Positions 10,992 through 19,966 of a stretch of 25,540 bases of DNA are shown here, piece after piece. The position numbers and the translations under genes were made by a program. This DNA comes from a virus: IMG/VR virus record IMGVR_UViG_3300029775_000166, positions 83,914 to 109,453 of that record. One strand, given 5' to 3'. Under the pieces are notes generated by a model that was given only the letters and a program-made list of their open reading frames with translations, ran no database searches and was not told the origin of the DNA. Position 1 is the first letter of the stretch. Every line of letters begins with the position of its first letter.

Positions 10992-12053
10992 TTACCACCC
11001 TGCATCCATTTCCTCGTCATCATCTGTACTACCAACACTACCCCATGTATCATTACTATCATTACTATTACCAAAATCATTTTCTGCTGTCTTTGATGCT
11101 TTAATTATTGCAATAGCTTTATCAATTGCTTCCTCTGTATATGTAGTTGTATCAATAGTCTCTGGATCAGCACCAGTAATATATAATTCTCTAACTGTTG
11201 GACTATTAATCTTATCCATATCATTTTCTTCTCCCCAACAGTCTGTAGTAGTTACTGTTACAAAATTCTTTTCAATTGAAATGTCTCCCCATACTTTAAT
11301 ACCCGTGTATGGTTTTAACTGCTTGTAAAATGTTTTTGCCAAACTCATATTTGTTGTATAAAATTCTGCATCTTCAATACTGTTATAATTAACAATTTTT
11401 GCACTTATAGTAGCTTTTGTATTATCTTCATTACGCTTAATACCAGTGAATACAATATACTGTGTAAAGTTTGCGATCGGCTTGAAATCTTCTGCTTCGA
11501 AATCAACATCCTTGCAAAGAGAAACCTGAGAAGGAACAAAATTAGTCGTGTGCCTATCGTTATATGTACTATAATCAATAGCGCCTTTTACGAAAACAAA
11601 TTGATTATCATTCAGATTATCACCAATCTCTTTACAAGCATCATATTCAGTCAAACGTTTCTTATCGTTTACATCATTGCCCTTTGCATCCTTGATCTTT
11701 GTTACTCCAACATTTACTCCAATTAAATTAAAATCTTTGTTTTGAGGATTCTCCTTAAAACTAAATCTCTCTTTCCAACCAACCTCTAAAATAGTTGGTT
11801 TTCCTCCCTTTTCCTCTGGTTTCTTACTATAATAAACCGATTGTTTTTCCATACCATTCAATCTTACATAGAGAGTATTATCCTTATCAAACTGAACTCC
11901 AAATCTAGTCTCTCTCCAAGGTTTATTTGTTTTTGTAAGTTTTTCTGTGTAGAAATTATCTTTATCTGTTCCAATAACCATGCCTCTTGTCTGGAATGTC
12001 CCCTTAGTTTGTGGAATTCCTAAATCAAATTTCTTCTTTTTATTATCTGCCAT
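10992..12053 (-). CDS. Probable single-stranded DNA-binding protein (YorF-like)
   Basis: Beta-rich OB-like segments and an acidic tail ending in an aromatic residue (DDDEEMDAGW). First gene of the replication operon. Confidence 0.6.
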   Translation of the reverse strand: MADNKKKKFDLGIPQTKGTFQTRGMVIGTDKDNFYTEKLTKTNKPWRETRFGVQFDKDNTLYVRLNGMEKQSVYYSKKPEEKGGKPTILEVGWKERFSFKENPQNKDFNLIGVNVGVTKIKDAKGNDVNDKKRLTEYDACKEIGDNLNDNQFVFVKGAIDYSTYNDRHTTNFVPSQVSLCKDVDFEAEDFKPIANFTQYIVFTGIKRNEDNTKATISAKIVNYNSIEDAEFYTTNMSLAKTFYKQLKPYTGIKVWGDISIEKNFVTVTTTDCWGEENDMDKINSPTVRELYITGADPETIDTTTYTEEAIDKAIAIIKASKTAENDFGNSNDSNDTWGSVGSTDDDEEMDAGW

Positions 12054-12120
12054 ATAAATCTCCTTTACATTTTTAATTCCTTATTATGTTCTATTTCATA
12101 GTTAATATATACTAATATTG

Positions 12121-12127
12121 CATTAGG
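12121..12127 (-). promoter_or_regulatory. Repeated phage motif CCTAATG, copy 1
   Basis: Plus-strand cattagg, 68 nt upstream of the SSB-like gene start. Confidence 0.6.
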
Positions 12128-12242
12128 TGTGTATTCATAGATGAAATTCTAGTTTTATACAAACTCATCTATGTTAATTCATTGATTTATAACAATCTAT
12201 TATCTTCTATTAAGATCTCTGAGCTGTTTAAGAGCCACTTAA

Positions 12243-12599
12243 TTAAAAACTTAATAAACTATCAAATAACTTGCTAAATCGATCAAAATCATTAGAATTT
12301 CTAAATACCTCTAACATACTATTTCCATTTGATCTAGCACATGTAAATTCAAGATGTTCACCTGTAGTATTTGTATATTCCTTTGCCAATTGATTGAGTT
12401 TATCAACATGTTCATTAATTTCCTTACTAAGTTTATTAACAGCTTCCTTCTTAGCCTTTCTTTCTTCTTCTGCCTTACGTAACTGCTCTTTTCTCTCAAT
12501 TTCTTTCTGCTCTACCTCTGCTAAATAAGCATTAGCTGCTTCTTCATCTGTAAATTCTTTACCATTTACTTTAAACACTTTTTCAATATTCATAGTCAT
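12243..12599 (-). CDS. Hypothetical coiled-coil protein
   Basis: 118-aa ORF with SD AAGGAG and an E/K-rich helix. Confidence 0.8.
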   Translation of the reverse strand: MTMNIEKVFKVNGKEFTDEEAANAYLAEVEQKEIERKEQLRKAEEERKAKKEAVNKLSKEINEHVDKLNQLAKEYTNTTGEHLEFTCARSNGNSMLEVFRNSNDFDRFSKLFDSLLSF

Positions 12600-12761
12600 A
12601 TTCTCCTTTGTTTTTAACTTTTGTCACTTAAGTCGTTTTGCTATTTTATATCAATAATTCTTATATTACTGTTTGGATCACCACGAATTCGTATTGGTTG
12701 ATATTTGGATTTATATATATTATAATTATTCATTAGGTTCTTTCGTTTTTGGTTAACTATA

Positions 12762-13028
12762 CTATATACGTTCTTCATCGACACATAAAGAACCTTCTGC
12801 CATTACATCCAAATCCCAAATCTCTGACTTACCATTTGCATTATAAGGTTTAATTTTAATTGCTGCCTTTTCGCCCTTGCCAACAATATCAGATAAAAGA
12901 CCATTTACAACTTCCCCGGTATCTTTAACAATAAATTTGACCGGCATATTTACATCAATTCTCAATATTTCGTCATTAGCACCATAAACCTCAAAACTTT
13001 TAAAAGCATCTTTTTCAATTCTTACCAT
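12762..13028 (-). CDS. Hypothetical protein
   Basis: 88-aa ORF with SD AAGGAAGG; small beta-rich fold likely. Confidence 0.8.
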   Translation of the reverse strand: MVRIEKDAFKSFEVYGANDEILRIDVNMPVKFIVKDTGEVVNGLLSDIVGKGEKAAIKIKPYNANGKSEIWDLDVMAEGSLCVDEERI

Positions 13029-13121
13029 AATTATGTACTTCCTTCCTTAATATATATTTTGTTTTAACTTTGGTTTTATATTATTATTACATTAGGTGTG
13101 TGTCTATTAAATAACGTTTCT

Positions 13122-13150
13122 ATAATAGCATGTTTAATGGATTACGTCAA
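13122..13150 (-). promoter_or_regulatory. SigA-type promoter
   Basis: Minus strand TTGACG-N17-TATTAT with extended TG. Confidence 0.65.
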
Positions 13151-13208
13151 TTGTATTAATTGTTCGTGTATAGCATTTTATTAATATCTTCTATTTTATC
13201 TTTCTTCA

Positions 13209-13454
13209 TCAATATGTATCAGTCAATGCAGAATATATTATTTCTTTGATATCATCTAATACAAATAATGTACAATACTTTTCAGCATAATTTTTGCAAT
13301 ATGGTTTAATTGTTTCAGTGATTTCAGTCCGAATTTCGTCAGCTTTATATTGTTTATCTGCATCTATTTTTGCTTCCATTATCTCACTTAATTCTTTAAT
13401 ACTAGTGATATTGTTATCTTCCATATTTCTTAATACATCAATTAGTATATCCAT
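13209..13454 (-). CDS. Hypothetical protein, 5' end probably interrupted by a 44-bp palindrome
   Basis: 81-aa ORF with no SD at 13454. Removing 13464-13507 puts ATG 13519 in frame. Confidence 0.65.
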   Translation of the reverse strand: MDILIDVLRNMEDNNITSIKELSEIMEAKIDADKQYKADEIRTEITETIKPYCKNYAEKYCTLFVLDDIKEIIYSALTDTY

Positions 13455-13463
13455 ATCTTGATT

Positions 13464-13507
13464 AGTTCGCCACTAACTCATGACTAAAGTCACGAGAGTG
13501 CGTAGCG
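13464..13507. mobile_element. IS200/IS605-end-like palindromic mini element
   Basis: GC-rich hairpin ctcgtgact-tt-agtcatgag (minus strand) with outer tcgc/gcga arms in AT-rich DNA, flanked by a repeated ACT. Confidence 0.6.
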
Positions 13508-13544
13508 AGTCTTCAACATCATCCTTCTCATAATTATTGATCCG

Positions 13545-14198
13545 TTAGTTCTTTTGCTTATCCATCAGTTCATCTATTTGATTTTGCAAATTTTTTATTT
13601 CATCTTGCAATGATTGGATTTTAATTTGTTTATCCATTTTTCCTTTTTCATCAGCTAATTCTTTATCATGTTTGTAAAATGTATCTTCAAAATCCCAATA
13701 ATCGTGTTCAGTTCCCATCCAAGATTCATTACCAATATTAATAATTTTTTTGAGAGTGAACGCTGGCGCATTCCAATCACAATTAATGCCACAACAATGT
13801 TTATCTGCTCTATAATTATCATCATTTGGCATACACTCGCAATATCCCCAATAACGCTGATCTTTATAAAATTCAATTCTATAATTATATAAATCACACT
13901 GTGGAAAATGATTATCATGATCGTCATTATGCAGATTAATTTCAATGTATCCGTTTGTATATCCACCAGTAGAATCCTCAAAATAATTAATAAAATAGTT
14001 ATGTAATTTAATATCCTGAATAAATTCTGTGCACTTATCATCAACTAGTAATTGAAATAATGGTGCAATTATGTATGGAATGTCCAATTCATTTTTATTA
14101 GCATCCCGTCTATAAATATTTTCATTCTTTAATTCAATAACTAGTTTACCAATAAACTGATCCAATGTTTTGTATAATGTAGCTAATACAGATTCCAT
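13545..14198 (-). CDS. Hypothetical protein with a Cys cluster (CEC...HCCGINC) and C-terminal coiled coil
   Basis: 217-aa ORF with SD AAGGAG. Confidence 0.8.
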   Translation of the reverse strand: MESVLATLYKTLDQFIGKLVIELKNENIYRRDANKNELDIPYIIAPLFQLLVDDKCTEFIQDIKLHNYFINYFEDSTGGYTNGYIEINLHNDDHDNHFPQCDLYNYRIEFYKDQRYWGYCECMPNDDNYRADKHCCGINCDWNAPAFTLKKIINIGNESWMGTEHDYWDFEDTFYKHDKELADEKGKMDKQIKIQSLQDEIKNLQNQIDELMDKQKN

Positions 14199-14227
14199 TA
14201 TATTCTCCTTTGCAATTATTATATATA

Positions 14228-14608
14228 TTATTCATCCAAGCAATTCCAATGTTTACCGTGAACTATATTAGTTAACGCATTGATATCTTTAGTGTAGGCT
14301 AATGCAGTTGCAGATTTAGCGGTAGAATCTAACATACTTAGCGGTTCTCTTGTTAGCTCTTCATCAATTTTTCTACCCAAAAAACTAATAAGATTATTCA
14401 ATTCGTCCATAACAAATTCTAATTTCAAATTATCAGAAGTACTTTTTTCTGATTCTATTTGCTTAAAAGTCTTTAGTTCATCCTTATTTAGCCATTTCTG
14501 CCATGAATGGCAATCGGAGCAATATAGTCCAGTATTATTTCCTTTTACTTCTGTATACAAGTTGGTACTGCCACACTTTCTACATACAAAATACGGCAAA
14601 TATACCAC
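14228..14608 (-). CDS. Zn-ribbon hypothetical protein
   Basis: CRKCGS...GLYCSDCHSWQKW. Confidence 0.8.
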   Translation of the reverse strand: MVYLPYFVCRKCGSTNLYTEVKGNNTGLYCSDCHSWQKWLNKDELKTFKQIESEKSTSDNLKLEFVMDELNNLISFLGRKIDEELTREPLSMLDSTAKSATALAYTKDINALTNIVHGKHWNCLDE

Positions 14609-14618
14609 ATCCTTTCTA

Positions 14619-15425
14619 TTAGATATAAGCTCTATTTTCTATATATTCACGATTTTGCGTGAATATTGGAATTTCTTCATCGATAACCCATTCTGATCTT
14701 CCTGTTCCTTTATTAGCGGATTTGACACAGCAGCTACCCCGCTTTAAATACACCGGTAAATCATTCCAATTAATATTTTTATTAGTCATAAGAATTTCTT
14801 GTACTTGATCACATGACTTTTTATGTAATTGCTTTCTTGAAAAATTAGCCTGTCCAACTGATTGGATTGAATTCCTTGTTGCGTCCTGTTGTCTCCAAAT
14901 TAAGCAATTACAAACTTCTTCCTTTGGAATATTGAAAACTCTACTATCAAACATAGCTCTATTTAATTTGCTCCAATATACTGAAATCATATTATATTTT
15001 TCTAATTCTTTTGGAATCGTCTTATCTAAATATTTGCCGTTATTATATTTATATTCCTCAATATTTTTACGATAAAACGTGTTAAATGCCATAGTAGCCA
15101 TACTAGCAGAAATACTAACAATTTTTTGAATATTATTATCAAACCATGGACATGAATTTAACTGTTTGTAATTTACTAATACTAATGTGATTTCATCTGA
15201 CTGAGTGTATCCTAAAACACAACCTTGAATATTTTCGCATAAATATTTCATTGTATGTTGCATCGTTTTTACTAATATATCATCAAAAGGTCTTTTCATT
15301 CCCTTTGTAAATGTATGAAAAGCCTTACCATCTAAACGAATAATCACTGGCATTCTTTTTATCAAATAATGTCTAGTTACATTTTCATAACCTTTCATTC
15401 TATTTCCTAAATTACTTTTATCCAT
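14619..15425 (-). CDS. thg1: tRNA(His) guanylyltransferase Thg1-like protein (3'-5' nucleotidyltransferase)
   Basis: RMKGYE, IRLDGKAFHTFT, YTQSDEITL, MFDSRVF and WRQQDATRNSI; SD AAGGAGG. Confidence 0.95.
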   Translation of the reverse strand: MDKSNLGNRMKGYENVTRHYLIKRMPVIIRLDGKAFHTFTKGMKRPFDDILVKTMQHTMKYLCENIQGCVLGYTQSDEITLVLVNYKQLNSCPWFDNNIQKIVSISASMATMAFNTFYRKNIEEYKYNNGKYLDKTIPKELEKYNMISVYWSKLNRAMFDSRVFNIPKEEVCNCLIWRQQDATRNSIQSVGQANFSRKQLHKKSCDQVQEILMTNKNINWNDLPVYLKRGSCCVKSANKGTGRSEWVIDEEIPIFTQNREYIENRAYI

Positions 15426-15459
15426 TTATACCTCCTTTGAATAAAACTATTCTTCTATA

Positions 15460-16215
15460 TCAATACAACTCAATGTTTCTCCACTTTTTGTCCTTATCAT
15501 ACTTCCATTGTATTTCACCATTGAATATTCTCACTTCAATATCTTCCACTTTATCCATACTAAGCAGCCAGTTTCGATATTTATTTTTTTCTTCATTAGA
15601 TACACCATTTAATGTTTGCCATCTTACTAACTCCATATCAATATGCTCAACAGACCAATCATAGTCTGATAATTCTGCTTGACGATAAAATTCTGCAATA
15701 TTAGCATCCACTTCATCCTTTGCTTCCTTATATGTAAAATATACTTTATCAGGTCTAATACTTGTATACGAAATATGATGTTTCCACGTTGGATATTTTT
15801 TAACTATTCTATATCCCTCTTTAGTTATTTCCGCTTCTATATCACCGTAAAATATTGTACTATCCTTTACCAGTATACCTTTCTCATAAGCCGCCTTAAT
15901 ACTTTTTGGATTTTTAATATCAGCAGATGCACATTGCTCAACGAAATATTCAAAATCACCATATGTAATTTCAAATAGTTTTGTATCATAATTCCAGCCC
16001 TTAGGAAGTTTTTTATATTTATATTCACTTTCAAACTCATCAATTGGTATTCCATTCACAAAACGATTCTCTCTATGGTGTAAATAATCAATACAAACTG
16101 CATCTGAAAACTGTTCATCCACCATCCCATAATGAATTGAATATTTATGTCCTTCTTGATGACATCAATACACTATATCTCCTTGTGCAAATCGTTTTTC
16201 ATATCCATTTCTCAT
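15460..16215 (-). pseudogene. Hypothetical protein with an in-frame TGA at codon 17 (the track ORF 15460-16125 is the downstream part)
   Basis: ATG 16215 with SD GAGG reads MRNGYEKRFAQGDIVY*CHQEGHKYSIHYGMVDEQ... in frame with the 221-aa ORF. TGA at 16165-16167. Confidence 0.7.
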
Positions 16216-16249
16216 AAGTTCCTCTTCTCATTAATTAAACTGTTATTTA

Positions 16250-16375
16250 TATACTATTTTAGTGCCATGCTTAACGCTAATGTTAGGGATATCAGCATTT
16301 GTCTGGATGACAATTAATAAAAGCACTTTATATTAAGAGAATAATCAATCCTCAATATGGCACTAAAATAGTATA
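16250..16375 (-). ncRNA. Candidate structured RNA closed by a perfect 19-bp inverted repeat
   Basis: tatactattttagtgccat (16250-16268) pairs with atggcactaaaatagtata (16357-16375). Internal minus-strand hairpins ttgtc/gacaa, gctgat/attagc and attgag/cttaat. Confidence 0.45.
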
Positions 16376-16422
16376 GTTGAGATTACATTTTATTAATACA
16401 TTAGGGAATATTTTAATTATAA

Positions 16423-16739
16423 TTATCCTTCAGTTGCTACATCAATAACGTCTGCTACTTTATCATTTTCTTTTTTCTCTTTTTCTTCTTCTTGCTTGGC
16501 TTTAATTTCAGCAATACGTTCCTGAATTAACATCTTTTGAATAATAAGTGCATTAATAAAGTCTTTTGGTTTGTCCAAAAATCTCTTTTTCTTTGGCATT
16601 GTATTTACCGGAACTTCACAACCTGCAAATTTTTTTCACGATATGTATCCCATTCATTTTTGAATTTCTTTGTATTACCATCTTTCTTATAGCATTCTGA
16701 TTTAATTACATTTCTTTCTAACTTTCGTAAACTACTCAT
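16423..16739 (-). pseudogene. Small basic protein split by a -1 frameshift at an A7 run
   Basis: ATG 16739 with SD AAGGAG gives MSSLRKLERNVIK...YREKNLQVVKFR*. The -1 frame from the A7 run (16630-16636) continues FAGCEVPVNTMPKKKRF...ATEG* to 16423. Confidence 0.65.
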
Positions 16740-16777
16740 AATATGTGATCTCCTTCATGTCATTATTAATATGACAT

Positions 16778-16942
16778 TTAATAATATTTTTGATTATTTT
16801 GTTGATTTGTGTTTCTTTCGTTATCAACTGACTTTATCTTATTGACTGCCTGCACTCTCTTTTTAATCGCAGTTTTGGACGTTGATAAAGTATTATTTAT
16901 TTGATAAGTATTTATTAAGCAACTTATAGGTTCTATATTCAT
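16778..16942 (-). CDS. Possible 54-aa protein (MNIEPISCLIN...QKYY)
   Basis: Hand-translated ORF that fills the gap and starts 1 nt after the stop of the 129-aa gene. Weak SD. Confidence 0.4.
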   Translation of the reverse strand: MNIEPISCLINTYQINNTLSTSKTAIKKRVQAVNKIKSVDNERNTNQQNNQKYY

Positions 16943-16943
16943 T

Positions 16944-17333
16944 TTAATCATCTATTTCGTCAAGCATTGCTTGAATTTCTTCTGCTGATTTACTCAGCAG
17001 ATCTTCCTCTCTTTTACTTTCCAAAATAGTCATAAGTTTCTGTTTCTTTTCCTTAGCTGCTCTAGCATCCAATTTGGCTCTCTTTTCATCCAACTTAACA
17101 TGAACTATATATTTAACAATTTCAATCTGTAAATCAAGTACTTCATCCTCTTCGGATTTAGTATTTAATAAGTTTTCCTCTTTTACCTGTTTTATTTGAG
17201 AATTAAGCGTTTTAAAAATAGTATCCAAATTTTCTACACTTAAATCCCAAAGATCTTCTACAGAAATTAGACCTCTAAACGGGAATCGAAATTTATTTCT
17301 GGTTGCTAAAATAAACATTTCTTCTTTATTCAT
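16944..17333 (-). CDS. Conserved large-phage hypothetical protein, partner of the 681-aa protein
   Basis: ATRNKFRFPFRGLISVEDLWDL N-terminus plus coiled coil; SD AAGGAG. Confidence 0.85.
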   Translation of the reverse strand: MNKEEMFILATRNKFRFPFRGLISVEDLWDLSVENLDTIFKTLNSQIKQVKEENLLNTKSEEDEVLDLQIEIVKYIVHVKLDEKRAKLDARAAKEKKQKLMTILESKREEDLLSKSAEEIQAMLDEIDD

Positions 17334-17380
17334 ACTATTATTATCTCCTTTTTTATTTTGTTATTTATTGCTATCTATTT

Positions 17381-19426
17381 TTAAAATTTAATTTTTAGTA
17401 ACCTTTCTGTTTGCCCAATTGCTTTTACTATCAATTCATTTCTCTTTGTAGATGAAAAGCCAAGACCACTAAGCTGATCGTCAGTACTATCAACTCTCAT
17501 TTTACTTCCCAAAGCTTCTAATACTTTTCTATTTTTCATTAAATCTTCCTTTAAGAATTCATTATAAAAACCAGAAGGTTGTTCCGGATTAATACAATTT
17601 TTCAGCATAAACATGTAATGTTTATTTCCAATTCCAATTTGATCATCCCAATAATTTGGAGAATACATAACTACTGAAACAGGTACAAATTGATTTGTGG
17701 TAAGTCCCCATATCTCATTAGAAGATACATCATATGGTAGCTTATTAATTAAAGTAAATCCATTCTTTCTACTAAACTTAATAGCTGCTACAGTAACATG
17801 CTCATTATGTCTTACATCCTTATTATAATTGAAGTTATATATCTGACCGTTAAACTCTATTTCTGCTCTGAAACCATCTCTACCACCACGATGGTTATAA
17901 TTATGAACATAGAATAAATAAACGCCTTCTTCCATCTGATTAATATCTTGCCATGTAATATTTTCAACTGCCGGCACATTAGAAATCGGGTGAATAATAT
18001 CTACATCCAACATTCCACCAGTAGGACTTAATCGCATTTTGTTACCAAAATAGATATCATAACCGTTAGGTTCTTTACAATGCGCATCCATATCATTCTG
18101 ATTACGCTCATTGTCATTCCATTGAATTGAAAATCTAAGAACGCCATCTACATTACCACCTGCATTTTTAACATTGTTCTTCATTGAACTATCTGTAATA
18201 TTTCCTGTGTATGTCCAACTAAATGCGTTGTTCCATTTGAACATGGATTTACTATCTTTATTCTTCGGGGCAATTAGTGAAACCATGTTAGCAGCATGTT
18301 TATTTTCTAAAAATACTTCTATTTCTCTAGTTGACGGCAAAATGTTATCAATGAAATCATTAATTGTAATCTCCTCAACTTTTGAAAACTTCTTAGGATT
18401 AATAGCAACTTCATTTAACATTTCATCAAAAATACTTGATCCACTAACTCTCTTAGCAGAATCCTTATTTGCAAATAAAATGTTATTAATCGTAATATCA
18501 TCTAATGTTGCAAATTTTCTTTCGAGAGAATCCAAATAACCTAAATCTGTAATCATTTTTTGCGCATCTTCAAGCATTCGTTTTGTATAAATAGGCTTGG
18601 ATCTCTTGTACCCATCTCCTACTATGAATTCAAATTTGCCAACCGCAGTATTTAAATCCATTCCTTCACTGATATTAATAAGTAATGTTCCCATACTATG
18701 ATTTTTTAGTTTAGCGACTACATCACCGACCTTAATCATTTGTTCCCAGACAAAATTGTCTTTTTCCGCTTCTATATCAATTTTATCGTATTCTCTTTTA
18801 CATTTTAAAAATTTAGTTAATACTGTTTCCCATTCATTACCTCTATATAAAGAATTTTGTGATATAAGTTCTAATACTGTAAGTAAACTATCCTCGGTGA
18901 TCTCTTCTAATGATCGCTTAAATACATTCTTTGTGTCTCTATAATTCCCTTGAATATCACCTATTGACATACCACTTTTATTAACTAATTTATCAGGGAG
19001 TACTAAATAAAAATGATCCCATCTAATAACTTCTCCATCCGATAACTGTTCAAAATTATGATCTGTTCCAATATTTTTAAAATTGCTAACAAAAACATTT
19101 GAAACGACTTTTGATTTTAAATAATTTGATAATATATCAAATACCGGTTGCCATGTAGTGTCATTTGTTTTAATATCCCAAATAGTTTGAACTTTATTGT
19201 CCTTAATTGAAACTACATTTCCAATAGTTTTAATAAAGTGCCTGCAACAACTACAATCAAATTCTCTTCTCTTTCTAAATAATTCATTTGTTCCCTTTGG
19301 AAAACTGTCTAAATACAGTAACCAAAATTCGTCTTTATCTACTTCTACTTGAAATAAATGCGAAACATCTTTCGACATTTCATTAAAATTCTCCTGTAAC
19401 ATTTGATTAAGTTGATTAAATTCCAT
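17381..19426 (-). CDS. Large phage protein with DCSCCRHF motif and a YfaP/DUF2135-like domain
   Basis: LRFSIQWND...DMDAHCKEP...GGMLDVD...AVENITW...GVYLFYVHNY resembles the YfaP-type beta-sandwich; SD AAGGAG. Confidence 0.8.
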   Translation of the reverse strand: MEFNQLNQMLQENFNEMSKDVSHLFQVEVDKDEFWLLYLDSFPKGTNELFRKRREFDCSCCRHFIKTIGNVVSIKDNKVQTIWDIKTNDTTWQPVFDILSNYLKSKVVSNVFVSNFKNIGTDHNFEQLSDGEVIRWDHFYLVLPDKLVNKSGMSIGDIQGNYRDTKNVFKRSLEEITEDSLLTVLELISQNSLYRGNEWETVLTKFLKCKREYDKIDIEAEKDNFVWEQMIKVGDVVAKLKNHSMGTLLINISEGMDLNTAVGKFEFIVGDGYKRSKPIYTKRMLEDAQKMITDLGYLDSLERKFATLDDITINNILFANKDSAKRVSGSSIFDEMLNEVAINPKKFSKVEEITINDFIDNILPSTREIEVFLENKHAANMVSLIAPKNKDSKSMFKWNNAFSWTYTGNITDSSMKNNVKNAGGNVDGVLRFSIQWNDNERNQNDMDAHCKEPNGYDIYFGNKMRLSPTGGMLDVDIIHPISNVPAVENITWQDINQMEEGVYLFYVHNYNHRGGRDGFRAEIEFNGQIYNFNYNKDVRHNEHVTVAAIKFSRKNGFTLINKLPYDVSSNEIWGLTTNQFVPVSVVMYSPNYWDDQIGIGNKHYMFMLKNCINPEQPSGFYNEFLKEDLMKNRKVLEALGSKMRVDSTDDQLSGLGFSSTKRNELIVKAIGQTERLLKIKF

Positions 19427-19555
19427 CTTTTCTCTCCTTCTAATTGTTTGATTTATTTTTATTCTAAATAACTAAGCTATAAATCTATATAAACCATAAC
19501 ACAGTTTTGCTGTCTATACAATCTATTATTATTACATTAGGATGTTAGTTTTGAA

Positions 19556-19577
19556 GGCAACTAAATTTATAGTTGCC
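19556..19577 (-). terminator. Hairpin after the LexA-boxed small gene
   Basis: ggcaacta-N6-tagttgcc immediately after the stop at 19583; weak U-tract. Confidence 0.55.
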
Positions 19578-19582
19578 GTATA

Positions 19583-19945
19583 TTATACAATTAATGCCTT
19601 AATATTAATAGATCCATTATAGAAATTTATTGTTGCTTGATATGTATTATTGTTTTCTAGCCATGAAGCATATATGTTTTTTATGAATGACGTTGTAAAC
19701 ATATTTAATAAATATGTATCATTGCTTATTAAAGTACCTATTATATCACTGCCAAAAATTATATTATCTTCTAACACCATACGCAAATTATAAATTTTAT
19801 ATTTTCTAATTCCATATCTTTGAGAATGCTCTATTATTTGGTATTCTGTTATATCTCTCCATTCATTAAAGGCATTTATTTGATATAATAACTCGTTTAT
19901 TGAAATTTGTTTACCCGTTTGTTCCTCAGCAATATTACTATTCAT
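19583..19945 (-). CDS. Hypothetical protein, probably SOS-inducible
   Basis: Start reassigned to ATG 19945 (SD GGAGGT); preceded by a promoter and a LexA box. Confidence 0.8.
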   Translation of the reverse strand: MNSNIAEEQTGKQISINELLYQINAFNEWRDITEYQIIEHSQRYGIRKYKIYNLRMVLEDNIIFGSDIIGTLISNDTYLLNMFTTSFIKNIYASWLENNNTYQATINFYNGSINIKALIV

Positions 19946-19966
19946 TATAGCTACCTCCATTAATTG

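Noticed and set aside
13209-16167. Genome-wide TGA-to-Trp recoding
   Set aside because: TGG is used throughout, long genes are intact under the standard code, and TGA ends normal genes (13209, 15460, 23234, 23836).
16250-16375. Retron msr-msd or tRNA gene
   Set aside because: No reverse transcriptase in the window, and no T-loop (TTCGA), D-loop or CCA signature.
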